A stretch of 64,000 bases of DNA from Vulcanimicrobiota bacterium (lineage in GTDB: Bacteria; Vulcanimicrobiota; Vulcanimicrobiia; Vulcanimicrobiales; Vulcanimicrobiaceae). Positions within the stretch are counted from its first letter, which is position 1. Each line of letters opens with the position of its first letter. Location: positions 192,001 through 256,000 of the forward strand of contig CAWGBN010000007.1 in assembly GCA_963820825.1 (NCBI GenBank), written 5' to 3'. The notes under the pieces are model-generated. The model saw nothing but the letters and a program-made list of their open reading frames with translations. It made no database searches and was not told where the DNA came from. Positions 30,611 to 38,626 of the stretch are shown piece by piece. The translations under genes and the position numbers were made by a program.

Positions 30611-30846
30611 ATGTGTCGTCCTGAGTAGCACGCACCTCCATGTGTCATCCTGAGCAGCGCCCGCACCTGCATGTGTCATCCTGAGCGCAGCGAGCGAAGT
30701 CGAAGGACGAACAAGGGCTCCTAATCCTTTCCGCCGTCCTTGGACTGCGCCGCTTCGCAAAGCTCAGCGTCGCTCCGCTCAGGATGACACGATTGTGCCT
30801 GCGCGAAGCGCAGTCCTGAGCGAGGCGCAGCGCCGAATCGAGGGAT
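30611..30846. repeat. Cluster of REP-like palindromic repeats
   Basis: Three tandem units of about 30 nt beginning ATGTGTCRTCCTGAG (30611, 30640, 30671), an inverted copy GCTCAGGATGACAC near 30777-30790 and a degenerate copy near 30812-30845, all between convergent genes. Confidence 0.85.
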
Positions 30847-31073
30847 CAGCATGACACGGAAGAGTTGCGACGTTGCCAGCGATAGACCGCAACGGCGGCC
30901 CAGATTGCTTCGACGATGCCGAATGGCCACGCCCCTTGCAGAAAGCCATAGATCGAGCCGAGCACGCACGCGCCGGCGAACGCCAGGGTAAACCAGCGGC
31001 TTCGCGCCTCGAGCGCGTAGGTAACGAGCATCGCGGCCACCGCCAGCAAACCGAAGCTCGTCAGCGCGTTCAT
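30846..31073 (-). CDS. Small membrane protein (CBU_0592-like)
   Basis: MNALTSFGLLAVAAMLVTYALEARSRWF...YGFLQGAWPFGIVEAIW; start overlaps the antiporter stop. Confidence 0.75.
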   Translation of the reverse strand: MNALTSFGLLAVAAMLVTYALEARSRWFTLAFAGACVLGSIYGFLQGAWPFGIVEAIWAAVAVYRWQRRNSSVSC

Positions 31074-32170
31074 CGTAAGCGACGTCCTAGGGCGACGCGC
31101 TTGACGACCGGCACGATCGTTAGACTTGCGGCCGCCAACGTCGCTAGCGCGACGGCAAAGGTTGCGTCGATGATCGCTTCGCGGTACGGAACCGAAGCCG
31201 GAATCGCGAGCGCCAGCGCGAGCGAGAGTGCGCCGCGCATTCCGGCGACGCGCACCACGTCGACCCACTCGCGCGGATAGGGACCGAGCAAGAGAAATCC
31301 GGCGACGACGATACGGGCGACGGCGATCGCGGCGAGACAGGCAATGGTAAAGCCCGGCTGCTCGATGACGCGCCCGAGCTGCAGCGCCGCACCGACCATG
31401 AAGAAGACCAGCACGTTGGCGAACAGCGCTGCGAGATCCCAAAAGCGACCGACGTCCTCCGCGAGACGCAGCGTAATCCACGAGCGCTCGAAGTAACGAA
31501 AGGCGATGCCGAACGCAATCGTCGCAAAGATGCCCGAGAGCGCGAGCGCGTCGGCGGCGAAGTAGGCTCCGTAGGCACCCGCGATCGTGGCCGCGATTTG
31601 AATCCTCGCGCGATTGCTGCCGCGCAGCAGCTGCGCCGCGAGAAACGCGATCGCGACTCCGAGCGCGATGCCGCCAACGACTCCGCCCGCCGTCTTCAAA
31701 GCAACGAGTGCGGTCGCTCCGGCGCTCGCCGTACCAACCGCGAGCGCCACGAGCACGGCGCGATAGAGCGCGACCGCGACGGCGTCGTTGAAGAGCGACT
31801 CGCACTCGACGATCGTCACCAGCGTCTTAGGAACCTTCAGCTGGCGAAAGACCGCGACGACGGCAATGGGATCGGTCGCGCTCAAGATGGCGCCCGCGAG
31901 CAGCGCCGGCCCGAACGGAACGCGCACGACGGCGAGTGCGCCGGCTACGATGACCGCGGTGAGCAGCACGCCCGGTCCGGCGAGCGCCGCGATCGCGATC
32001 CACTGGCGCGCAACGGCGCGGTAGTTGAGATTCCACGCCGCCTCGAAGAGCAGCGGCGGCAGGAAGACGTAGAGCGTCGCGTGCCCCAAGGCGTAGGCGA
32101 AGCGGCCCGGTTGGATCAAGCCAAAGCCGAGTCCCAATCCGACGACGACCAGAATCTGCCAGAGCTTCAC
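31070..32170 (-). CDS. CPA1/NhaP-type cation:proton antiporter
   Basis: FLPPLLFEAA, LSATDPIAV, ESLFNDAVA and GMRGALSLALAL. Confidence 0.9.
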   Translation of the reverse strand: MKLWQILVVVGLGLGFGLIQPGRFAYALGHATLYVFLPPLLFEAAWNLNYRAVARQWIAIAALAGPGVLLTAVIVAGALAVVRVPFGPALLAGAILSATDPIAVVAVFRQLKVPKTLVTIVECESLFNDAVAVALYRAVLVALAVGTASAGATALVALKTAGGVVGGIALGVAIAFLAAQLLRGSNRARIQIAATIAGAYGAYFAADALALSGIFATIAFGIAFRYFERSWITLRLAEDVGRFWDLAALFANVLVFFMVGAALQLGRVIEQPGFTIACLAAIAVARIVVAGFLLLGPYPREWVDVVRVAGMRGALSLALALAIPASVPYREAIIDATFAVALATLAAASLTIVPVVKRVALGRRLR

Positions 32171-32182
32171 GGCGCGGACGAA

Positions 32183-33396
32183 CTAGTGCGTGTGCGTGAA
32201 GTTGCCGACGCGCGCGAGGCTGCCTAGGCGTTCGATTGCCTGGCGCATTCCAATCACCGCACGGGGCCGGCCGACCGCCTCGAAATAGACCGCCGGATCG
32301 ATGTTGAGCGTGCGCGTCTGCATCATGAAGACCGGCGTTTCGCGAAGGAACGCCTCGCTCGCCGCGACCTCTTCCTCATCGTCGGTTACGCCCGGATGGG
32401 TGAGCAGGTTCAGACTCACACGCAGGCCGCGCGCGACCGCCAGCCGGATCGAGGCGAGAACGTCGTCGAGCGTGTATCCGATCGGCCGATAGTAGGCCGC
32501 GTAGACGCGCGAACGAAACGAGTTCAGACTGACGCGCACGGCGTCGAGGCCCGCATCGATGCAGCGCGCCAGCGCGCGTGGCTGACTCCCGTTGGTGTTG
32601 AGGTTGACGACTCCGTTCGAACGCGCCGCGCGAATCAGCTCGATCGCGCGAGCAATCGCAACCGAACGCAGCAGCGGCTCGCCTTCGCACCCTTGCCCGA
32701 ACGAGACGATCCCCTCGTCAACGCGCTCCAAATGATGGATCGCGACGGAGGCAAGCTCCTCGGCCGCCGCCTCTTCGGCGATGCGCGCTTGCGGTGACGG
32801 CACGCTCTCGGGCTCCTGCTCCGAGATGCAGCCGATGCAGCGCGCGTTGCACTTCGGCGAGACCGGCAACGCCGCCTCACCTCGCTCGAGAAAGACGTTC
32901 TGCGCGGTGAAGCAGGCGTAATCGCGCGAGCAGAGCGCGACCTGCCGCAAGACGCGATTCTCCGGATCGAGCGCCGTGCGCCGCGCGATCGACGCCTCGA
33001 GCTCTCCGCCACGGAAGACCCGCGGCTCCCAATCCTCGCCTTCGTCGGTTCGCATCGCCGCGACGTATAAGCGATCGTCGAGAGCACAGGCGAACGTGTA
33101 TCCGAAGAGCGGAAGCATCGGCGCGCCGCGCGCGGACGCATATGCGGGCAGCAACAAGCGCGTGTATCCCGCCGGCAGCGCGATGGCCATCGCACTGCGT
33201 TGCGCGATCGGTCCGATGGTCGTCAGCGGATGGCGCTGCGGCAACACCATCTCCAACGTCCCGTGCGGAGCCGCAATCAGTTCGTCGAGTTGCGCCTCGC
33301 GGACGATCCCGCCGTCGGCAAAGGGAACGAGCCGCGCGTCGAAGGCAATGCGGCCGCGCGCATCGCATGAGGCGAGACCGACTCCGCCGGCCTCAC
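32183..33396 (-). CDS. Uncharacterised radical SAM protein
   Basis: CxxxCxxC motif CNARCIGC, SFGQGCEGEPL, NLNTNGS and RVSLNS. The start is uncertain: probably the GTG overlapping the dapF stop, with an early indel. Confidence 0.85.
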
Positions 33397-34181
33397 GACA
33401 AGACGCGGACGCCAAGATCGACCTCCGTGTCGAAGACGCGTGCCGCAGGACCGATGAGATAGGCGACGCCGGCGGCGTCGAACTCGACGACGAGGCGCCC
33501 GCCCGGGACGAAGACTTCCACCGGCGAGCGCACCACGTTCCGTGCGACGGCGACCGCGGCCGAGGCAACCGCGCCCGTGCCGCAGGCCATCGTCGAACCG
33601 ACGCCGCGCTCCCAGTGACGCACCTCCAACGCGTTTGGGCCGCAGCGCGAAGCCGCATGAACGTTCACGCCTTCGCGCAGCAGCGGTTCCCGCGCCACGG
33701 CTTCGGCCACGGCCTCGAGATCGATGGCATCGACGTTCTCGCGGAAGATGACGACGTGCGGGTTGCCGACGTCTACGAAGGTGGCATCGGGGAGAATCGA
33801 GATCGCGATCTCGCCGATCTTCGGACGGCCCATCGCGACGCGCACCAAGTACTCGGGCTCGCGCGCAACGATCTCGGTTCGGACGATCCCGCCCTCGGTC
33901 TCGAAGGCAATCTTCTCGCCCTCGCCGTTCTCATCGAGCCAACGCGCGGCACATCGTATGCCGTTGCCGCACATCTCGGCTTCGCTGCCGTCGGCATTGA
34001 TCGTCCGCATTCGCACGTCCGCACGTTGCGATGGTTCGAGAAGGATCGCACCGTCGGCGCCGATCCCGGCGCGTCGATCGCAGGTCCATCGCGCAAACGA
34101 CCCCACGTCGGAGATCGGCGTGGTTCGCCCATCGACGACGACGAAGTCGTTACGCGCGCCGTGCATTTTGGTGACGTGCAT
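33393..34181 (-). CDS. dapF: Diaminopimelate epimerase
   Basis: KMHGARNDF, GIGADG, NADGSEAEMCGNG, GNPH and ERGVGSTMACGTG. Confidence 0.96.
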   Translation of the reverse strand: MHVTKMHGARNDFVVVDGRTTPISDVGSFARWTCDRRAGIGADGAILLEPSQRADVRMRTINADGSEAEMCGNGIRCAARWLDENGEGEKIAFETEGGIVRTEIVAREPEYLVRVAMGRPKIGEIAISILPDATFVDVGNPHVVIFRENVDAIDLEAVAEAVAREPLLREGVNVHAASRCGPNALEVRHWERGVGSTMACGTGAVASAAVAVARNVVRSPVEVFVPGGRLVVEFDAAGVAYLIGPAARVFDTEVDLGVRVLS

Positions 34182-35086
34182 CAGTCGCGCTTCTCAGACC
34201 ATCGCAGCTTTTCCCGCACTACCGCTCGCACCGAGCCGGGTTCGACCCAAAGCGTCGCCGGTTCGCTGCGAAACCACGCACGCTGCCGTCGCGCGTAGCG
34301 TCGCGTCGCGCGCTCCAGCGCCGCAGCCAGTTCGGCTTGCGTCAACCACCCGCGCAAATACGCGCACGCTTGCGGGTAACCGACGGCGGTCGCGGCGATC
34401 GCCTCGCTGCCCAACCGTTCGGCCTCCTCGACGAGGCCGTGCGCCAACATCGACTCGATGCGCCGGGCGATGCGCGCATCGACGATCTCCCACGGCACGT
34501 CGAGAAAGATCAGCTCCCAGGAGAGACCGGCACTGCGCAGCGTTCGCGCCGGGCCTTCGCGGACCGTCGCGGATGGCTGCGCGAGCGCGACCTCCAGGGC
34601 GCGCAGGACGCGGTAGGTATCGTTGAGACCGAGCGCGCCTGCGCGCGCCGGGTCGCGCCGCTCGAGCCAGCCGTGGAGAAACTCCGCGGGGTGAAGATGC
34701 GCTTCGCGCGCGAGACGATGGCGCAGCGTTTCGTCATATTGCGGCGCCAATGCAACGCCCCCGGTCAGCGCCCGAATGTAAAAGCCCGTGCCGCCGGCCA
34801 CAATCGCCCGTTTTCGTCGCCGCCGAATATCTTCGAGGGCGTCGAGCGCGTCGGCGGCGTACCGCCCCGCGGAGTACCGCTCGCGCGGATCGAGGAAGCC
34901 GACGAGATGGTGCGGTACCTCGCCGAGCTGTTCGGGCGACGGCGCAGCCGTGCCGACCGCCATATCGCGGTAGATCTGCCGGGAGTCGGCTCCGACGATC
35001 TCCGCGTCGAACTCGCGCGCTAGCTCGATGGCGAGTTCGGTCTTTCCGCTCGCCGTCGAGCCGGCGAGGATCAGAACCTCAGACAC
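34181..35086 (-). CDS. miaA: tRNA dimethylallyltransferase
   Basis: GSTASGKT, ADSRQIYR, PHHL, GGTGFY and TRRYARRQ..W. Confidence 0.96.
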   Translation of the reverse strand: MSEVLILAGSTASGKTELAIELAREFDAEIVGADSRQIYRDMAVGTAAPSPEQLGEVPHHLVGFLDPRERYSAGRYAADALDALEDIRRRRKRAIVAGGTGFYIRALTGGVALAPQYDETLRHRLAREAHLHPAEFLHGWLERRDPARAGALGLNDTYRVLRALEVALAQPSATVREGPARTLRSAGLSWELIFLDVPWEIVDARIARRIESMLAHGLVEEAERLGSEAIAATAVGYPQACAYLRGWLTQAELAAALERATRRYARRQRAWFRSEPATLWVEPGSVRAVVREKLRWSEKRD

Positions 35087-36710
35087 GCTTGAACATGCGA
35101 GCGATCTCGTCGGAGCTCAGGCGCACCATCGTCGGTCGCCCGTGCGGACAGTGCATCGGATTCTCGCACGCCTGCAAGCGCTCCACGAGCATCGTCATCT
35201 CCTCGCCTTCGAGCGGCTCGCCGGCCACCGTTACCGAATGACATGCAAGCGATGCCCAGACGCGTTCGCGTACGTCGCGCTGCTTCGGCTCGTCGCTCAA
35301 ATCGTCGACGAATCCCATCACGTCGAAGCGCCGTGCACCGTAGCCGAACGGGGTTGCGACGATACGATAGGTGCGCTCGCCGAACGGCTCGATCTCCAGA
35401 CCCCCTTCGCGCAGCAACTCGATCGTTCGATCGAGCACCGCGCTGCGCGCGGGATCGAGTTCGACGAGATACGGCACGAGCAGCGGCTCGCTCGCGGATT
35501 GCCCGCGCGACGCGGCGACGATATTCTCATAGGCGATACGCTCGTGCGCCCCATGCTGATCGACTAAGAGCAGCGCCTCACCGTCGGAGGCGAGGATGAA
35601 GGTGCGGTCGAGCTGCGCGAGTACGCGCAGCGCGGCGCCGTTGCGTTCCGGTGGACCAAAGGAGAACTCCGGCATCTCGCCGAGGCCCGTATGCTCGCGG
35701 AAGCGCTCTTTTGCGTGAGCGCCGAGCGTCGCGACGATCGTTCGCCGGACCGCATCGAAGACTTGATTGCCGTAGCGCAGGCGCACGTCGCTCTTGGTCG
35801 GATGTACGTTCGGATCGACGTGCTCGGGCGGTAGATCCAAGAAGAGCGCGCCGTATGGATGGCGCCCCGTCATCGCGTACGTCGCATAGCCGCTCGTCCA
35901 AGCGCCCGCGAGAAGCGTGCTGCGCAAGAGCCGTCGGTTGACGAAGAGCAGCTGCATCCGGCGATCGGGACGGTCGTCGCCGGGCGCGCTGATAAAGCCG
36001 CGCAGCCGGCCTTCCAGCATCCGGCTCGCATCGGTTTGCAGCGAAAGCATCGTGCGAGCGGCTCCCCGACCGAATACCATCGCCAAGCGCTCGCGCTCGT
36101 CGGCACTCGCCGGCATCACCCAAACGTCTTTTCCATCGTGACGCAGCGTAAAGGCCGTCTCGGGATATGCCAGCGCGAAGCTCGAGAGCCACGACGAGAT
36201 GCGGTTGAACTCCGAGCTCGCCGAACGCAAATATTCGCGTCGAACCGGAACGTTTTCGAAGAGCGCGCCGATGCGGACCGAGGTACCGATCGGCGCCGGC
36301 ACCGCCTCGGTGCCACTCGCCGACTCGCCGTGCGCGCGCACGAGCGCACCGACGGAAGCCTCCGCTCGGCGTGAGATCAACTCCATGCGAGCAACCGCCG
36401 CGATCGAGGCGAGACCCTCGCCGCGAAATCCGAGCGTTCCGATCGATTCGAGTTCGCTTGCCTGGCGAAGCTTGCTCGTTGCATGACGACGAACCGCGAG
36501 CGTCATCTCCTCGGGTGCGATTCCCATTCCATCGTCGATGACTTCGATCAACTCGAGGCCGCCGCGTTCGATATTGACGGTGATGCGGCTCGCACCGGCA
36601 TCGACCGCATTCTCGACGAGCTCCTTGACGACCGAAGCGGGACGCTCGACGATCTCGCCGGCAGCAATCTGTCCGATGGTCACGACGTCGAGTTCGCGTA
36701 TGCTCGCCAC
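35079..36710 (-). CDS. mutL: DNA mismatch repair endonuclease MutL
   Basis: IAAGEIVERPASVVKELVEN, HATSK, GFRGE, DQHGAHERIAYE and CPHGRP. Confidence 0.96.
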   Translation of the reverse strand: MASIRELDVVTIGQIAAGEIVERPASVVKELVENAVDAGASRITVNIERGGLELIEVIDDGMGIAPEEMTLAVRRHATSKLRQASELESIGTLGFRGEGLASIAAVARMELISRRAEASVGALVRAHGESASGTEAVPAPIGTSVRIGALFENVPVRREYLRSASSEFNRISSWLSSFALAYPETAFTLRHDGKDVWVMPASADERERLAMVFGRGAARTMLSLQTDASRMLEGRLRGFISAPGDDRPDRRMQLLFVNRRLLRSTLLAGAWTSGYATYAMTGRHPYGALFLDLPPEHVDPNVHPTKSDVRLRYGNQVFDAVRRTIVATLGAHAKERFREHTGLGEMPEFSFGPPERNGAALRVLAQLDRTFILASDGEALLLVDQHGAHERIAYENIVAASRGQSASEPLLVPYLVELDPARSAVLDRTIELLREGGLEIEPFGERTYRIVATPFGYGARRFDVMGFVDDLSDEPKQRDVRERVWASLACHSVTVAGEPLEGEEMTMLVERLQACENPMHCPHGRPTMVRLSSDEIARMFKRV

Positions 36711-36734
36711 GCGCCGAGAGTTCGCGGCTCGGGG

Positions 36735-36762
36735 TTGACAAAGCCTCGGTCGCGAGTATCCT
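36735..36762 (+). promoter_or_regulatory. Sigma70-type promoter for the M-box leader
   Basis: TTGACA-16 nt-TATCCT, about 10 nt before the aptamer. Confidence 0.7.
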
Positions 36763-36771
36763 GGTTAAGGA

Positions 36772-36932
36772 TTCCTCGTTAGGTGAGGCGTCTGCACGAA
36801 GAGATGCCGCTGCCCGGAAAGGTCGAGAGACCCCAACGGGTGACCAGACTCCGCCGAATCAAGGCGGAATCTAACGCGGCCGCCCCAAGCCTGGGGCTAG
36901 GTTGTGCAGTGCTAAAGCTCGACACTGAGGGA
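36772..36932 (+). promoter_or_regulatory. M-box (ykoK leader) Mg2+-sensing riboswitch
   Basis: Conserved ykoK blocks in order: CGTTAGGTGAGGC, GCTGCCC..AAA.GTC.A.AGAC.CCAA.GGGT..CAG, AAGG, TAA.GC.GC and CAGTGCTAAAGCTC. It lies upstream of a divalent-metal transporter. Confidence 0.92.
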
Positions 36933-36965
36933 GATGGCGCGGTCGTCGCCGCGCGGAGTTTCTCG

Positions 36966-37006
36966 AACTGTCGGCCCGCGAGGAGCGTCGGCAGTTTTTT
37001 ATTTTT
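36966..37006 (+). terminator. Riboswitch expression-platform terminator
   Basis: 10-bp stem AACTGTCGGC/GTCGGCAGTT followed by TTTTATTTTT. Confidence 0.8.
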
Positions 37007-37140
37007 GAAAGGGGGTGATGCCACGCCATGGACGACGGACCAGCTAGTCGATCGAGCCTGCGGCTCTTGACGAGCCGCGCATTTCACGCTGCGCCTGCGT
37101 TCGCCGGCACGGCAAACTAAGAGAGAGGGAGATCTGTGTC

Positions 37141-37287
37141 GTGAAAACGTTTCTGGCCTTTTTGTTCGATTTCGGCCGCAACCGGCTTGGAATCGGTAAC
37201 GGCTCGGCGCATGACGAGACGCTGCGCGCGAATCAAGGGGACCGTACCGGTCCGGCATTCAGCTTCTGGCGCGCCCTCGTTAGCTGA
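37141..37287 (+). CDS. Putative small protein (48 aa) downstream of the M-box
   Basis: Purine-rich GAGAGAGGGAGA upstream; GTG start; MKTFLAFLFDFGRNRLGIGNGSAHDETLRANQGDRTGPAFSFWRALVS*. Confidence 0.4.
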   Translation: MKTFLAFLFDFGRNRLGIGNGSAHDETLRANQGDRTGPAFSFWRALVS

Positions 37288-37309
37288 CTCCTAGCGCGAG
37301 CTTCCCGCG

Positions 37310-38623
37310 ATGACCTCCGCTGCGACGCGCGCCGTTCGCCCGAGCCTCTGGCGATCCGTCGTGATGTTTCTCTCGATCGTCGGACCCGGAATAATTACCG
37401 CCAACGCCGACAACGACGTCGGCGGAATTCTCACGTACTCGCAAGCCGGGGCACAGTTCGGCTACTCGCTGCTCTGGCTGCTCGTGCCGGTGACGATCGC
37501 GCTGGTCGTCGTTCAAGAGATGTGCGCGCGGATGGGGGCGATTACCGGCAAGGGTCTCGCCGACCTCATTCGCGAGAACTTCGGCGTCAAGGTCACCTTT
37601 TGGTGTCTGCTGCTCTTCGTGCTCGGCGGAATCGGGAACACGGCCACCGAGTTTGCCGGGATCGCCGCGACCGCGCCGATCTTCGGCTCCTACCTGCACG
37701 TAGCGCACGTCGAGGCCTTTAAGGTTGCGATGGTGGTCGGCGCCGCGATCTTCGTCTTCGTCGGCGTTACCCGCGGGAACGCCAAGTCGATCGAACGCAT
37801 CTCCCTCATCTTCTGCGTCGTGTATATTGCCTACGTCATCAGCGCGTTCGCCGTGCACCCGGATTGGCCCGACGTTTTGCGCCAAACCGTCGTTCCGCAC
37901 ATACAGGCCTCCAAGGCATACGTCATTATGATCATCGCCGTCATCGGAACGACGATCTCTCCCTGGATGCAGTTCTACATTCAAGCGGCGGTCGTCAACA
38001 AAGGCGTGCGCGAGGACGACTACAAGTACTCCCGCATCGACGTCGTCACCGGCGGGATCTGGACCGACGTCGTCGCCTATTTCATCATCGTCTCGTGCGC
38101 GGCGACGATCTTCATTCACAACCTGCATGCGGCGCACCCGATCGTCGTAAAGGACGTCGGCGACGTCGCCGTGGCGCTGGCGCCGATCGCCGGAAAGTTC
38201 GCTTCGCTGCTCTTCGCGCTCGGCTTGCTCAATGCCGCGGTCTTTACCGCGTCGATCCTTCCGCTCTCGACCGCCTACTACGTCTGCGAGGCGTTCGGCT
38301 TCGAGCGCGGGGTGGACCATCGCTTCTCCGAGGCGCCGATCTTTTACAGCTTCTACTTGGCGCTGATCCTCATCGGCGCGAGCGCGGTAATTCTTCCCGG
38401 CGCCCCGCTGCTGACGATTATCTTCTACTCGCAGGTGCTCAACGGCATGCTCCTGCCGATCGTCTTGGTCTTGATGCTGTTGCTGATCAATAACAAGCGC
38501 TTGATGGGCCGCTGGACGAACGGCCCGGTCTTCAACACCATCGCTTGGGCGACGGTCGCCATCGTCGGCGCGCTGACGCTCATCTCGACGGCACAGCTAG
38601 TCTTTCCGTCGTTGGGAAGCTGA
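37310..38623 (+). CDS. NRAMP-related divalent metal transporter, likely Mg2+ (NrmT-like)
   Basis: GPGIITANADNDVGGI, QEMCARMG..TGKGL and GTTISPWMQF. It lacks the MntH DPGN/MPH motifs and sits under an M-box. Confidence 0.88.
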   Translation: MTSAATRAVRPSLWRSVVMFLSIVGPGIITANADNDVGGILTYSQAGAQFGYSLLWLLVPVTIALVVVQEMCARMGAITGKGLADLIRENFGVKVTFWCLLLFVLGGIGNTATEFAGIAATAPIFGSYLHVAHVEAFKVAMVVGAAIFVFVGVTRGNAKSIERISLIFCVVYIAYVISAFAVHPDWPDVLRQTVVPHIQASKAYVIMIIAVIGTTISPWMQFYIQAAVVNKGVREDDYKYSRIDVVTGGIWTDVVAYFIIVSCAATIFIHNLHAAHPIVVKDVGDVAVALAPIAGKFASLLFALGLLNAAVFTASILPLSTAYYVCEAFGFERGVDHRFSEAPIFYSFYLALILIGASAVILPGAPLLTIIFYSQVLNGMLLPIVLVLMLLLINNKRLMGRWTNGPVFNTIAWATVAIVGALTLISTAQLVFPSLGS

Positions 38624-38626
38624 CCC

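Noticed and set aside
30611..30710. Tandem units of about 30 nt as a CRISPR array
   Set aside because: The conserved part is only about 15 nt, the intervening sequences are short and similar to each other, an inverted copy is present and there are no cas genes. It fits a REP-like cluster.
35079..36710. Short MutL (543 aa) as a truncated gene
   Set aside because: The ATPase and endonuclease motifs are all present; only the variable linker is short.
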